The notes under the pieces: model-generated
What the model saw: the letters and a program-made list of their open reading frames with translations, nothing else
Told to the model about the DNA's origin: nothing
Database searches by the model: none
Program-made: the position numbers and the translations under genes
Origin: a virus
Reading direction: 5' to 3' (one strand)
UHGV virus genome: UHGV-0248180
Length of the DNA stretch: 37,455 bases
In this document: one piece after another, positions 9,400-17,550 of the stretch
How positions within the stretch are numbered: the stretch's first letter is position 1
How the letters are laid out: every line of letters begins with the position of its first letter

Positions 9400-9569
9400 A
9401 TAGTTCTGAGTTACAATATGAAGTGTTACGTGAACTTGATAATTTAATTGAACTCGCTGTTAATAAAGGTTTTGCCATTGGAATTGGTCAAAAAGATACT
9501 GATCATTTAACTGTGGAAATATTTAAGCAAAAGCGAATTATTTTAAAACTTTTGGAAATTAATATATGA
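9396..9569 (+). CDS. hypothetical small protein (57 aa)
   Basis: ORF below track cutoff, ATGA overlaps at both ends. Confidence 0.4.
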   Translation: MNSSELQYEVLRELDNLIELAVNKGFAIGIGQKDTDHLTVEIFKQKRIILKLLEINI

Positions 9570-9751
9570 GTTTAAGCAAAGAACAAAAAGACAAACTCTT
9601 TTCTCTTATCCACGAAGTTATGGATAAAAACAGTGAATTGGAAAAAGTTTGTGATGAATGCGGTCCTTTTAATGCAAATGAATACGAAGAACTTTCTAAA
9701 GAATTCGATAATAAAGAACAAGAACTCATTGATTATATAAATTCTTTATGA
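9566..9751 (+). CDS. hypothetical small acidic helical protein (61 aa), member of a small paralog family
   Basis: ORF; shares N-terminal xxEQKxK(L/I)F motif and acidic C-terminus with 9748 ORF. Confidence 0.5.
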   Translation: MSLSKEQKDKLFSLIHEVMDKNSELEKVCDECGPFNANEYEELSKEFDNKEQELIDYINSL

Positions 9752-9936
9752 TTACTCGCGAACAAAAGAACGAAATATTATTTTTAGTTGGTGAAATTAT
9801 TAGTTTAGAAAAGGATTTGTCTTTTGAATTATCTTCTGATTATGGAGATGCCGAAACATATTACGAATTAGTAAAATTTATCGATAAAGCTGAAAATGAT
9901 TTAGAAACATATTTAGAAAATTTAACTAAGGACTAA
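9748..9936 (+). CDS. hypothetical small acidic helical protein (62 aa), paralog of 9566 ORF
   Basis: ORF; ATGA overlap. Confidence 0.5.
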   Translation: MITREQKNEILFLVGEIISLEKDLSFELSSDYGDAETYYELVKFIDKAENDLETYLENLTKD

Positions 9937-9937
9937 A

Positions 9938-10519
9938 ATGGCGAGTTTAATTTTTACTTATGCAGCAATGAATGCTGGAAAATCTGCTTCTCTTTTGACT
10001 GCTGCACATAATTATAAAGAACGCGGAATGGGTGTATTAGTTCTTAAACCTGCTATTGATACTCGCGATTCTGTCTGTGAAGTCGTTTCTCGCATTGGAA
10101 TTAAACAGGAAGCGAATATTATTACGGATGATATGGATATTTTTGAGTTCTATAAATGGGCTGAAGCACAAAAAGATATTCATTGCGTATTTGTAGATGA
10201 AGCTCAGTTTTTAAAAACTGAACAGGTGCACCAATTAAGCCGAATTGTTGATACATATAATGTTCCTGTTATGGCTTATGGATTAAGGACTGATTTCGCT
10301 GGAAAATTGTTTGAAGGTTCTAAAGAACTTTTAGCGATTGCAGATAAACTTATTGAACTAAAGGCAGTTTGTCATTGCGGCAAAAAAGCGATTATGACAG
10401 CTCGATTAATGGAAGATGGAACACCAGTTAAAGAAGGTAATCAAATCTGTATTGGTGATGAAATTTATGTTTCTTTGTGCAGAAAACATTGGAATGAATT
10501 AACTAAAAAGCTTGGTTAG
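9938..10519 (+). CDS. tk: Thymidine kinase (193 aa)
   Basis: P-loop MNAGKS, zinc ribbon CHCGKKA..CRKH; matches T4 Tk from memory. Confidence 0.95.
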   Translation: MASLIFTYAAMNAGKSASLLTAAHNYKERGMGVLVLKPAIDTRDSVCEVVSRIGIKQEANIITDDMDIFEFYKWAEAQKDIHCVFVDEAQFLKTEQVHQLSRIVDTYNVPVMAYGLRTDFAGKLFEGSKELLAIADKLIELKAVCHCGKKAIMTARLMEDGTPVKEGNQICIGDEIYVSLCRKHWNELTKKLG

Positions 10520-10528
10520 TGCAAAAGT

Positions 10529-10536
10529 TATAAATA
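10529..10536 (+). promoter_or_regulatory. Candidate T4 late promoter box TATAAATA
   Basis: Exact octamer 26 nt upstream of ATG 10562. Confidence 0.4.
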
Positions 10537-10561
10537 GGTTTATCTAACTAAAGGGGTATAT

Positions 10562-10774
10562 ATGCTACAATTAACTGAAAAGCAACTTCGCAATCTTACT
10601 GTGCTTCAATTAGATGAAATTCGTAGGGAAGTTGGAAATATCATTTCAGCTTTGCGTCGAGAAGTATCACTCAACCAATCTCCGGCAGACTATACTAGAT
10701 TGCGAAATTTTGAAAAATACCTTGATAAAGTTAAGGCCGTGCATCGGCATAAAGTAAATACAGGACAAAAATGA
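10562..10774 (+). CDS. hypothetical protein (70 aa)
   Basis: ORF; GGGG RBS. Confidence 0.5.
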
Positions 10775-10786
10775 TAGGAGGCCTTT

Positions 10787-11080
10787 ATGGCCTTAAAAGC
10801 AACGGCACTTTTTGCCATGCTAGGATTGTCATTTGTTTTATCTCCATCGATTGAAGCGAATGTCGATCCTCATTTTGATAAATTTATGGAATCTGGTATT
10901 AGGCACGTTTATACACTTTTTGAAAATAAAAGCGTAGAATCGTCTGAACAATTCTATAGTTTTATGAGAACGACCTATAAAAATGACCCGTGCTCTTCTG
11001 ATTTTGAATGTATAGAACGAGGCGCGGAGATGGCACAATCATACGCTAGAATTATGAACATTAAATTGGAGACTGAATGA
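10787..11080 (+). CDS. rI: Lysis-inhibition antiholin RI (97 aa) with N-terminal signal-anchor
   Basis: Translation MALKATALFAMLGLSFVLSPSIEANVDPHFDKFMESG... matches T4 RI as I recall it; position next to tk as in T4. Confidence 0.8.
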   Translation: MALKATALFAMLGLSFVLSPSIEANVDPHFDKFMESGIRHVYTLFENKSVESSEQFYSFMRTTYKNDPCSSDFECIERGAEMAQSYARIMNIKLETE

Positions 11081-11463
11081 AATTCAGCGACTTTTCACAA
11101 AGTGGAAAACCTTCAAAGGCAGATGAATACTTAGGTTTATTAATGGCTGCACAAGCTTATTTTCATTCTGCACATTTTGAAACTAAAAGTTATGCTAGAC
11201 ACAAAGCATACGATTTTATTTTCTCCGAGTTGCCAGATTTGATTGATAAATTTGGTGAGCAATATTTTGGGTATTCTGGTAGAAAATACACACCTTCAAT
11301 TCCAGATGCCAGTAAACTTCCTACCGACACAATTAAAATGATTGATCGCATACTAGACCAATCTAACAGCATTTATAAAGAAATGCCTCCAGCCATTCAA
11401 AGCACGATAGATGATATTACTGGAATGTTTTACCAGAGTAAGTATCTTCTTTCCCTCGAATAA
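11077..11463 (+). CDS. hypothetical protein (128 aa)
   Basis: ORF, ATGA overlap; followed by strong terminator. Confidence 0.55.
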   Translation: MKFSDFSQSGKPSKADEYLGLLMAAQAYFHSAHFETKSYARHKAYDFIFSELPDLIDKFGEQYFGYSGRKYTPSIPDASKLPTDTIKMIDRILDQSNSIYKEMPPAIQSTIDDITGMFYQSKYLLSLE

Positions 11464-11467
11464 CATT

Positions 11468-11490
11468 AGTCTCCTTCGGGAGACTTTTTT
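11468..11490 (+). terminator. Rho-independent terminator (AGTCTCC-TTCG-GGAGACT + T6)
   Basis: 7-bp stem, UUCG loop, T tract. Confidence 0.8.
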
Positions 11491-11500
11491 CATTTTACCG

Positions 11501-11530
11501 GTTTACTTTCCGTCTGAGCCGTGGTACTAT
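11501..11530 (+). promoter_or_regulatory. T4 early promoter (GTTTAC-N18-TGgTACTAT)
   Basis: GTTTAC 11501-11506; TGg TACTAT 11522-11530. Confidence 0.65.
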
Positions 11531-11558
11531 ACAACCATCGGATAAAGAGGAGAACATC

Positions 11559-11747
11559 ATGAAAATTGAAGCACTTAATCAAGAAGGAAATATCTACGTC
11601 ATCATTAATGGTGATTTTTTCGTCGACATGGATGAAGTTACTAGTGAAGAACTTGTAGAATTTCTTAAGAAACGTTATAATATGTGTGATGAAGTTGCAA
11701 CTCACATGGCGTGTGCAATATTCTCTCTTTCATATGTGGTGGAATAA
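11559..11747 (+). CDS. hypothetical protein (62 aa)
   Basis: ORF with GGAG RBS (11548-11551). Confidence 0.5.
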   Translation: MKIEALNQEGNIYVIINGDFFVDMDEVTSEELVEFLKKRYNMCDEVATHMACAIFSLSYVVE

Positions 11748-11950
11748 TGATTAGTATCGAACAAGCGGATAAAATTAAGGAATTGGTAGCTTTAATTCGT
11801 AAAGCAGACGAGGAACTTAGTGACTTTGCTTGGTTTTCGTCAGGCATTGCAAATAAAGGCATTGATGAACTTGAAGCTAAAGTTGATAATGCTTTAGAAG
11901 CGTTAGATATGTTTCTTGATGAAATTATCGATCATAATACGAGAGTTTAA
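11747..11950 (+). CDS. hypothetical small acidic helical protein (67 aa), paralog family
   Basis: ORF; TAATG overlap; junction GGTGGAATAATGA. Confidence 0.5.
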   Translation: MISIEQADKIKELVALIRKADEELSDFAWFSSGIANKGIDELEAKVDNALEALDMFLDEIIDHNTRV

Positions 11951-11952
11951 GT

Positions 11953-12147
11953 ATGCTGACACGTGAACAGTTTGAAAAAATCATTAAATTAGCACGTGAT
12001 ATTGAAATAGATTCATACCAATTAGCAGTTGAGCATTGTGAAGGATATTCATACGATGGTATAGAAGCAGCTAAAAAGGATTTGGATAAATCTAAAGCTA
12101 AGTTAGTTCAATATCTTGAAATGATTAGGTGGAATAATGAAAACTGA
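11953..12147 (+). CDS. hypothetical small acidic helical protein (64 aa), paralog family (MLTREQFEKIIKL)
   Basis: ORF. Confidence 0.5.
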   Translation: MLTREQFEKIIKLARDIEIDSYQLAVEHCEGYSYDGIEAAKKDLDKSKAKLVQYLEMIRWNNEN

Positions 12148-12310
12148 AAAGCAGATGTTTTTAATGAAGCTAATTGAAGAATATGCTAATGCAGTTTCTG
12201 ACTATGAGTATTCTTCTCGGGAAAGAGGTACAGCTTTCGCAAAGGAAGAAATGAAAATCATGGTTGATGCTCACACAAAGCTTCAAAATTTTATTGAAAA
12301 CAACATTTAA
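12137..12310 (+). CDS. hypothetical small protein (57 aa), paralog family
   Basis: ORF below track cutoff; same GGTGGAATAATGA junction as at 11735. Confidence 0.4.
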   Translation: MKTEKQMFLMKLIEEYANAVSDYEYSSRERGTAFAKEEMKIMVDAHTKLQNFIENNI

Positions 12311-12312
12311 CG

Positions 12313-12342
12313 GTTTACAAGTTGGCAAGGTTATGGTATAGT
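12313..12342 (+). promoter_or_regulatory. T4 early promoter (GTTTAC-N18-TGgTATAGT)
   Basis: GTTTAC 12313-12318; TGg TATAGT 12334-12342. Confidence 0.65.
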
Positions 12343-12370
12343 AATCTTGTCAACTGCCGAGGAGAAGAGA

Positions 12371-12475
12371 ATGAAAGTTTTGCTTGTTGTGTATGTGATG
12401 ATTCAATATAATTACCCAATGTTTACTTATAATTTGGTGAACAACATTATTGATATGGTTCAGAGGAGTATGTAA
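12371..12475 (+). CDS. possible small hydrophobic leader peptide (34 aa)
   Basis: Strong GAGGAG RBS 12361-12366 and ATG 12371 just downstream of promoter; very short. Confidence 0.3.
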   Translation: MKVLLVVYVMIQYNYPMFTYNLVNNIIDMVQRSM

Positions 12476-13020
12476 TGATGGGAGAGGCGAAACGATTAGT
12501 ATTAGAAGTTAGTTCACTTTTTGGTGAATTGGCTATAGAAAAAGTAAATAATATGTATCGTTTGACGCAAGAAGACGATATGCTATATTTTACGCCTAGT
12601 GAAATCATTCATTTAACCCAAATTGAAAATCCTTATACTGATAAAATTGTAAGCATTAATGATGAGCATAAAATTCATTTTTATTCTTCATGCCCAGGAT
12701 TTAATATTGAAAGCGAGTCAATATGCTTATCAGTTATCCATTGGGATAGTTTTATAGATAAGATTAAATATTTTTATTATTCTAATGAAAGAAAACACAG
12801 TTTAAAATGGTTTAAAAATTGCAATGCTATTATTACTAACGCTTGCAATCAGAATGATGAAACTGTTTTAAATGTATCAAAATGTTATGAAGATGGAGAT
12901 GTCTTAACTATTCGTCAAATTGATGATTTTCGATCGCATATTGTCACATTTACCAAAGACGAAGCTATTGCGCTAAAGACTTATCTTGATTCTGTCATTC
13001 CAACTATGATTTCAAAGTGA
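12475..13020 (+). CDS. hypothetical protein (181 aa), paralog of 13027 ORF
   Basis: ORF with GGAG RBS; C-terminal (A/E)AxALKTYLDSVIPTM resembles EAMIKYLTTVTPSM of the next gene. Confidence 0.6.
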   Translation: MMGEAKRLVLEVSSLFGELAIEKVNNMYRLTQEDDMLYFTPSEIIHLTQIENPYTDKIVSINDEHKIHFYSSCPGFNIESESICLSVIHWDSFIDKIKYFYYSNERKHSLKWFKNCNAIITNACNQNDETVLNVSKCYEDGDVLTIRQIDDFRSHIVTFTKDEAIALKTYLDSVIPTMISK

Positions 13021-13026
13021 GGAAAT

Positions 13027-13548
13027 ATGTATATTTCAAGTGAAAGTGGTTTAATTCGTGTTGAATTTAAAAATGATATTTTCCTTATTCAAGGAGATGA
13101 TATTATTAAAATGAGTTATGACGAAATCAAGAAAATTTGTCATACTCTTGAAAGCCGTGGAAACGTAAATGCTGTTATTGATATTGGTGATTTATGGGTA
13201 ACGCTTTATAAAGTATCCGAAGGATTTAACATTGAAGATGAAAATAACATTTTAGCTATTGATAAAAGAACTGATTTGTTTGATGTATTAAAAGCCTATG
13301 AACAGTCAAACGGTGGAAGAAAAGCTGCATTGATTTATCAAAAACCGCATTCATGTGGAACTGCTTCAATCATTTCAAATATTGAAGACGAATCTGATAC
13401 TTATATGTGTGTTTTAAAAGCTGGTGGTGACCGTCATCCGGATTTTATTTCTATTCGTCAAAACAATGGAGAAATTTCATTATCAAAATCAGAAGCTGAA
13501 GCCATGATTAAGTATTTAACAACCGTTACGCCTTCAATGAAAGGATAA
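13027..13548 (+). CDS. hypothetical protein (173 aa), paralog of 12475 ORF
   Basis: ORF; shared C-terminal motif. Confidence 0.6.
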   Translation: MYISSESGLIRVEFKNDIFLIQGDDIIKMSYDEIKKICHTLESRGNVNAVIDIGDLWVTLYKVSEGFNIEDENNILAIDKRTDLFDVLKAYEQSNGGRKAALIYQKPHSCGTASIISNIEDESDTYMCVLKAGGDRHPDFISIRQNNGEISLSKSEAEAMIKYLTTVTPSMKG

Positions 13549-13550
13549 TT

Positions 13551-13997
13551 ATGATTATTAATGAAAACTCTTGGCACGTTCGTATGCATGATTTCTTTTA
13601 CTGGCAGCGTCCGAATTCTTTGTGTAAATATTTCTGGAAAATGGCGTGGACGTTCTTAGTTATCGGTGTTATTTGCATATCGGGGCTATTAGGTAGTTGG
13701 GTGGTAGGACAAGCCATTTTAAGCCAATTTGGCGTTACAGGATTCTGGCTTCTACACGCAGGCGGAACCTTATTTGGTGTACTGATATTTGCTACGATTG
13801 TCATTATTGCAGTAGGTATAGCATATATTATAGCTAAGATTTCAGGTTTATGGGAAGGAGTCAGGTATGATAGAGAGTGGAAGCGTCAACAAGACGAAGA
13901 AAATGGTATTGAACATCCTAAGAGTGTAATCGTTGAATACCTTAAAGCTAGTAAATCTAAAATCTGCCCTATGATAGAATTTAAGGATGTTAAATGA
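13551..13997 (+). CDS. hypothetical integral membrane protein (148 aa)
   Basis: ORF; long hydrophobic segments (WTFLVIGVICISGLLGSWVV... GTLFGVLIFATIVIIAVGIAYII). Confidence 0.6.
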   Translation: MIINENSWHVRMHDFFYWQRPNSLCKYFWKMAWTFLVIGVICISGLLGSWVVGQAILSQFGVTGFWLLHAGGTLFGVLIFATIVIIAVGIAYIIAKISGLWEGVRYDREWKRQQDEENGIEHPKSVIVEYLKASKSKICPMIEFKDVK

Positions 13998-15004
13998 AAA
14001 CAGTAATGAAAAGTTATTTTGGTAGTCATCTTTATGGAACTTCTACCCCAGAATCTGATGTAGATTTTAAAGAAATCTTTGTTCCTCCTGCTCGCGATAT
14101 TCTTATCGGAAATGTTAAAGAGCATATGAGTAAAAACACTAACAACACATCATCTAAAAACACTAAAGATGATATTGACCATGAACTATACAGTCTTAAG
14201 TATTTCTTTAAATTAGCAGCAGATGGTGAAACTGTAGCATTGGATATGCTCCACACTCCACCTGAACTTGTAGTTAAATCTGATTTGCCTGATGTATGGA
14301 AGTTTATTCAAGACAACCGTTCTCGTTTTTATACGACTAACATGAAATCATATTTAGGATATGTCCGCAAGCAAGCTTCTAAATACGGTGTCAAGGGTTC
14401 TCGTTTGGCTGCATTACGTGATGTATTGAAAGTAGTTAATCAAATCCCCGAGCAATGGGTTGATTACCAAGAAGACGGTTCCATTAAGCAGCGTCGCACT
14501 AAAGTTGAAGATATTAAGCATCGTCTTCCAGAAAACGAATTCTGTGAATGGGTATTCCATAATCATGAGAAAACCGGTCCACAAACGTTCTACACTGTGT
14601 TGGGTCGTAAATATCAGACAACACTTTCTCTTATTGAGCTTAAGCAGTCTTTGAATAAACTTGATGCCGAATACGGTGAACGTGCTCGTAAGGCTGAAGC
14701 GAATGAGGGCATTGACTGGAAAGCTCTGAGTCATGCTTGCCGTGGTGGACTCCAACTATTGGAAATTTACAAAACTGGTGACTTGGTTTATCCACTCAAA
14801 GATGCTCCATTTATTCTCGACGTGAAGTTGGGTAAACATCCATTTAAAACGGTTCAAGAGTTTTTGGAAGATGTGGTCGATCAAGTAGAAGCAGCATCTA
14901 CTGAAGCTTCTAAGAACGGTATGCAGCAAAAAGTAGACATGGGTTTCTGGGATGACTTCCTTGAGAAGGTCTATCTTGAAAACCACCGAAGTTATTATAA
15001 ATGA
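13994..15004 (+). CDS. Predicted nucleotidyltransferase (Pol-beta-like fold), 336 aa
   Basis: N-terminal signature GSHLYGTSTPESDVDF (GS-x10-DxD); ATGA overlap; followed by strong terminator. Confidence 0.7.
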   Translation: MKTVMKSYFGSHLYGTSTPESDVDFKEIFVPPARDILIGNVKEHMSKNTNNTSSKNTKDDIDHELYSLKYFFKLAADGETVALDMLHTPPELVVKSDLPDVWKFIQDNRSRFYTTNMKSYLGYVRKQASKYGVKGSRLAALRDVLKVVNQIPEQWVDYQEDGSIKQRRTKVEDIKHRLPENEFCEWVFHNHEKTGPQTFYTVLGRKYQTTLSLIELKQSLNKLDAEYGERARKAEANEGIDWKALSHACRGGLQLLEIYKTGDLVYPLKDAPFILDVKLGKHPFKTVQEFLEDVVDQVEAASTEASKNGMQQKVDMGFWDDFLEKVYLENHRSYYK

Positions 15005-15006
15005 TA

Positions 15007-15031
15007 GGGAGCCTTCGGGCTCCCTTTTTTT
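15007..15031 (+). terminator. Rho-independent terminator (GGGAGCC-TTCG-GGCTCCC + T7)
   Basis: Perfect 7-bp GC-rich stem, UUCG loop, T tract. Confidence 0.85.
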
Positions 15032-15055
15032 ATTTCAAAAATTTTTCACAAAACT

Positions 15056-15085
15056 GTTTACAAGCATAAAGCTTTATGGTACTAT
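15056..15085 (+). promoter_or_regulatory. T4 early promoter (GTTTAC-N18-TGgTACTAT) with conserved leader ACAACTATCAACT
   Basis: GTTTAC 15056-15061; TGg TACTAT 15077-15085. Confidence 0.65.
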
Positions 15086-15119
15086 ACAACTATCAACTGA
15101 TACGGATTTGGAGAATAAA

Positions 15120-16088
15120 ATGAAAACTGTAACTATTAATAAGGGTATCTATTTCGGTAAAGAAATCTCTGGAACTTTTGAGCTCTTAGGCGAATGGTTC
15201 CCAGATAATGCTCCGGTAGATGCACAAGGAGATGGTAAAGTTTTTGTTGAAATTGACGGTAAACGTCGCGGTGTTTGGGTTTACAAATCCGATATTTCAT
15301 ATGATGGTGTAAAAGTTGAAGAAGTTAAAGAATCATATGAAGATATGAAAACCCGCATTAATAAAAGATTTAATGTTATGGGAATGATGACGAATGGTAT
15401 TATTAACGGAAACATTCGTTCATTAATTATCTCTGGTGCGGCAGGTATTGGTAAAACGTATTCTTTAGATAAAGCTTTAAATAAAGCAAATGATGTTGGA
15501 TACATTGAGTATAAAAGCATTAATGGTAAAATCTCTGGTATCGGTCTTTATGAGCAGCTCTGGAATAATCGTGAAGAGAATTCTGTCCTTTTGATTGATG
15601 ATGTGGATGTTTTCTCTGATATGGACATTCTTAATCTTCTAAAAGCTGCTCTGGACACTGGAGAGACCCGTAAAGTCTGCTGGAGCACTGCATCTTCTTA
15701 CTTAGAAGAAAAAGGCATTGACCGTGAGTTTGAATTTAAAGGAACGATTGTTTTTATCACAAACGTTGACATTGACCGCGAATTAGATCGCGGAACTAAA
15801 CTTGCTCCACACCTACAAGCATTAGTGTCCCGCTCAGTTTATTTAGATTTAGGTGTTCACACTAATGAAGAAATTATGGTCAGGGTTGAAGATGTTATTC
15901 TTTCAACTGACATGATGCAAAAGCGTGGTCTTTCTGATGAAGAAACTTATAAAGCATTATCATGGATGAAAGTTAATGTTAATCGTTTACGCAATGTTTC
16001 ACTGCGTACTGCTCTTTATCTTGCTGACTTTATTATGACCGACAAAAACGGTTGGGAAGAAATCGCTGAGGTTACTCTTCTGAAATAA
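15120..16088 (+). CDS. Predicted AAA+-type P-loop ATPase (322 aa)
   Basis: Walker A GAAGIGKT, Walker B VLLIDDVD, sensor-like FITN; GGAG RBS; track start 14952 reads through the promoter. Confidence 0.7.
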   Translation: MKTVTINKGIYFGKEISGTFELLGEWFPDNAPVDAQGDGKVFVEIDGKRRGVWVYKSDISYDGVKVEEVKESYEDMKTRINKRFNVMGMMTNGIINGNIRSLIISGAAGIGKTYSLDKALNKANDVGYIEYKSINGKISGIGLYEQLWNNREENSVLLIDDVDVFSDMDILNLLKAALDTGETRKVCWSTASSYLEEKGIDREFEFKGTIVFITNVDIDRELDRGTKLAPHLQALVSRSVYLDLGVHTNEEIMVRVEDVILSTDMMQKRGLSDEETYKALSWMKVNVNRLRNVSLRTALYLADFIMTDKNGWEEIAEVTLLK

Positions 16089-16177
16089 TTCATAAGAGGA
16101 CTTCTATGACAAAAAGGCAGTTCAGAAATAGATTATATGGACTGCCATTAAAAAGATGACTAGAATTAAACTGGTGA

Positions 16178-16492
16178 ATGGAGGTAATGATGTTATACTC
16201 AAAGGCTCGTGAAATTTACGAAACTAAAATTAAAGAAGCAGTATTCCAGTTCGCAACGACAATGCGATGGACAAATGATTGGGAGTATTCAAAAAATCAT
16301 AAGAAGCCCATGGTGACAAGAAAGGCTCATATGTTAGTGTTAATAGACCGTGAGCAGATTAAAGCCCGAGAAGCCCTCCAGAATCATAAAAAGGCTGCCT
16401 TTGAATGGTTTATGGATAACACTGCTCCTGAGACTAAGAAAGCAGTGAGCGCTTGGTTCAGTGGAAAAAATTGTGAAAGAAGTTTCTTTTAG
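16178..16492 (+). CDS. hypothetical protein (~100 aa; start ambiguous among ATG 16178/16187/16190)
   Basis: ORF with GGAGG RBS. Confidence 0.5.
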   Translation: MEVMMLYSKAREIYETKIKEAVFQFATTMRWTNDWEYSKNHKKPMVTRKAHMLVLIDREQIKAREALQNHKKAAFEWFMDNTAPETKKAVSAWFSGKNCERSFF

Positions 16493-16494
16493 TT

Positions 16495-16524
16495 GTTTAC
16501 AAGACTGTTCCTCTGTGGTACTAT
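16495..16524 (+). promoter_or_regulatory. T4 early promoter (GTTTAC-N18-TGgTACTAT) with conserved leader ACAACTATCAACT
   Basis: GTTTAC 16495-16500; TGg TACTAT 16516-16524. Confidence 0.65.
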
Positions 16525-16552
16525 ACAACTATCAACTACGGAGGAACAGAAA

Positions 16553-17080
16553 ATGAATGCTAAAGATATTTTCAACCTGGTAAATTACAACGATGGTAAA
16601 TTTAAATCAGAAGCACAAAGCAAGTTCTTTAATGACATCTCAATCGGAGGTGAAATCACGGTTGATGGAGGACAGATTTACAAATCCCGTTGGAATTGGA
16701 TCGTTATTATTGATGAGATTGGTATTGTAGAAATTTACAAAAATACGAATAAAAATCGTACATTGCACTGGTCTCGTGATACTAACGAACAGTACAAAAA
16801 GGATAAAGCATCTAAATTATCTCGTGTAACTCAAGAAGATATTGAGTTTATCAAGAAAGATATTTTAATGTATGATAACTTAATTGCTGAAGAGCAAGCT
16901 GTTATTGATAAATTTGACGAGATTAAAGCTTCTCGTGAAATTCCTGATTTTATGAAAGAATCAGTAAATGAACGATACACTCTCATTTCAGAGCGTATTG
17001 AAACTTACAAAAAGCAAAGAGCTGAACGCCAAAATACTCTTCGGAAGTTTGAAGAACGGTTAAAGACGGTACTCGCATAA
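16553..17080 (+). CDS. hypothetical protein (175 aa) with C-terminal coiled-coil-like region
   Basis: ORF with GGAGGA RBS; track start 16493 reads through promoter. Confidence 0.6.
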   Translation: MNAKDIFNLVNYNDGKFKSEAQSKFFNDISIGGEITVDGGQIYKSRWNWIVIIDEIGIVEIYKNTNKNRTLHWSRDTNEQYKKDKASKLSRVTQEDIEFIKKDILMYDNLIAEEQAVIDKFDEIKASREIPDFMKESVNERYTLISERIETYKKQRAERQNTLRKFEERLKTVLA

Positions 17081-17106
17081 CCGCTTTATACCAAGGATGG
17101 TATAAT
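17077..17106 (+). promoter_or_regulatory. Candidate extended -10 promoter (TGgTATAAT) lacking a good -35
   Basis: TGg TATAAT at 17098-17106. Confidence 0.3.
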
Positions 17107-17135
17107 GGTTCTAAGCCCTTTTAATTGAGATTATT

Positions 17136-17543
17136 ATGAAACAGTTGATAATTAAAAGATTGAATTTATTGATATGTTGTTTATGTGTAGTAATTGCATA
17201 TGGTTATTACGCAATTAATGATTATATGCATTATAAAGATTATGATGTTACTGTAGTTAATACCATTACAGGAACACAAGGAAAAGGGTCTAGTTTATTG
17301 TTTATTGCCGTATATGAACTCAAAGATGGTTATAGATTTAGTGAATATATTTCCCCAGAGATGTATTCTTCAATAGAAAAAGGTGATAATATTACTGTAA
17401 GTTTACGTCCTTTCGACGTAAAACAGACATTGTTTGATAATATTGTTTGGTTCTTTGGAATGGTATTAGTTCAATCTGTGTGTGGTGCTTATATAGTCTG
17501 TTCCATCTTATTCTGTATATTTAGTAAAATTGAAATTGAGTGA
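17136..17543 (+). CDS. hypothetical membrane protein (135 aa), N- and C-terminal TM segments
   Basis: ORF; hydrophobic termini. Confidence 0.55.
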   Translation: MKQLIIKRLNLLICCLCVVIAYGYYAINDYMHYKDYDVTVVNTITGTQGKGSSLLFIAVYELKDGYRFSEYISPEMYSSIEKGDNITVSLRPFDVKQTLFDNIVWFFGMVLVQSVCGAYIVCSILFCIFSKIEIE

Positions 17544-17550
17544 GGAAAAT

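Noticed and set aside
14952-15119. Upstream extension of the AAA ATPase ORF (track start 14952)
   Set aside because: The extension reads through the terminator and early promoter; GGAG RBS plus ATG at 15120 is the plausible start.
16493-16552. Upstream extension of ORF 16553 (track start 16493)
   Set aside because: The extension begins inside the -35 GTTTAC of the early promoter; true start is ATG 16553 after the GGAGGA RBS.
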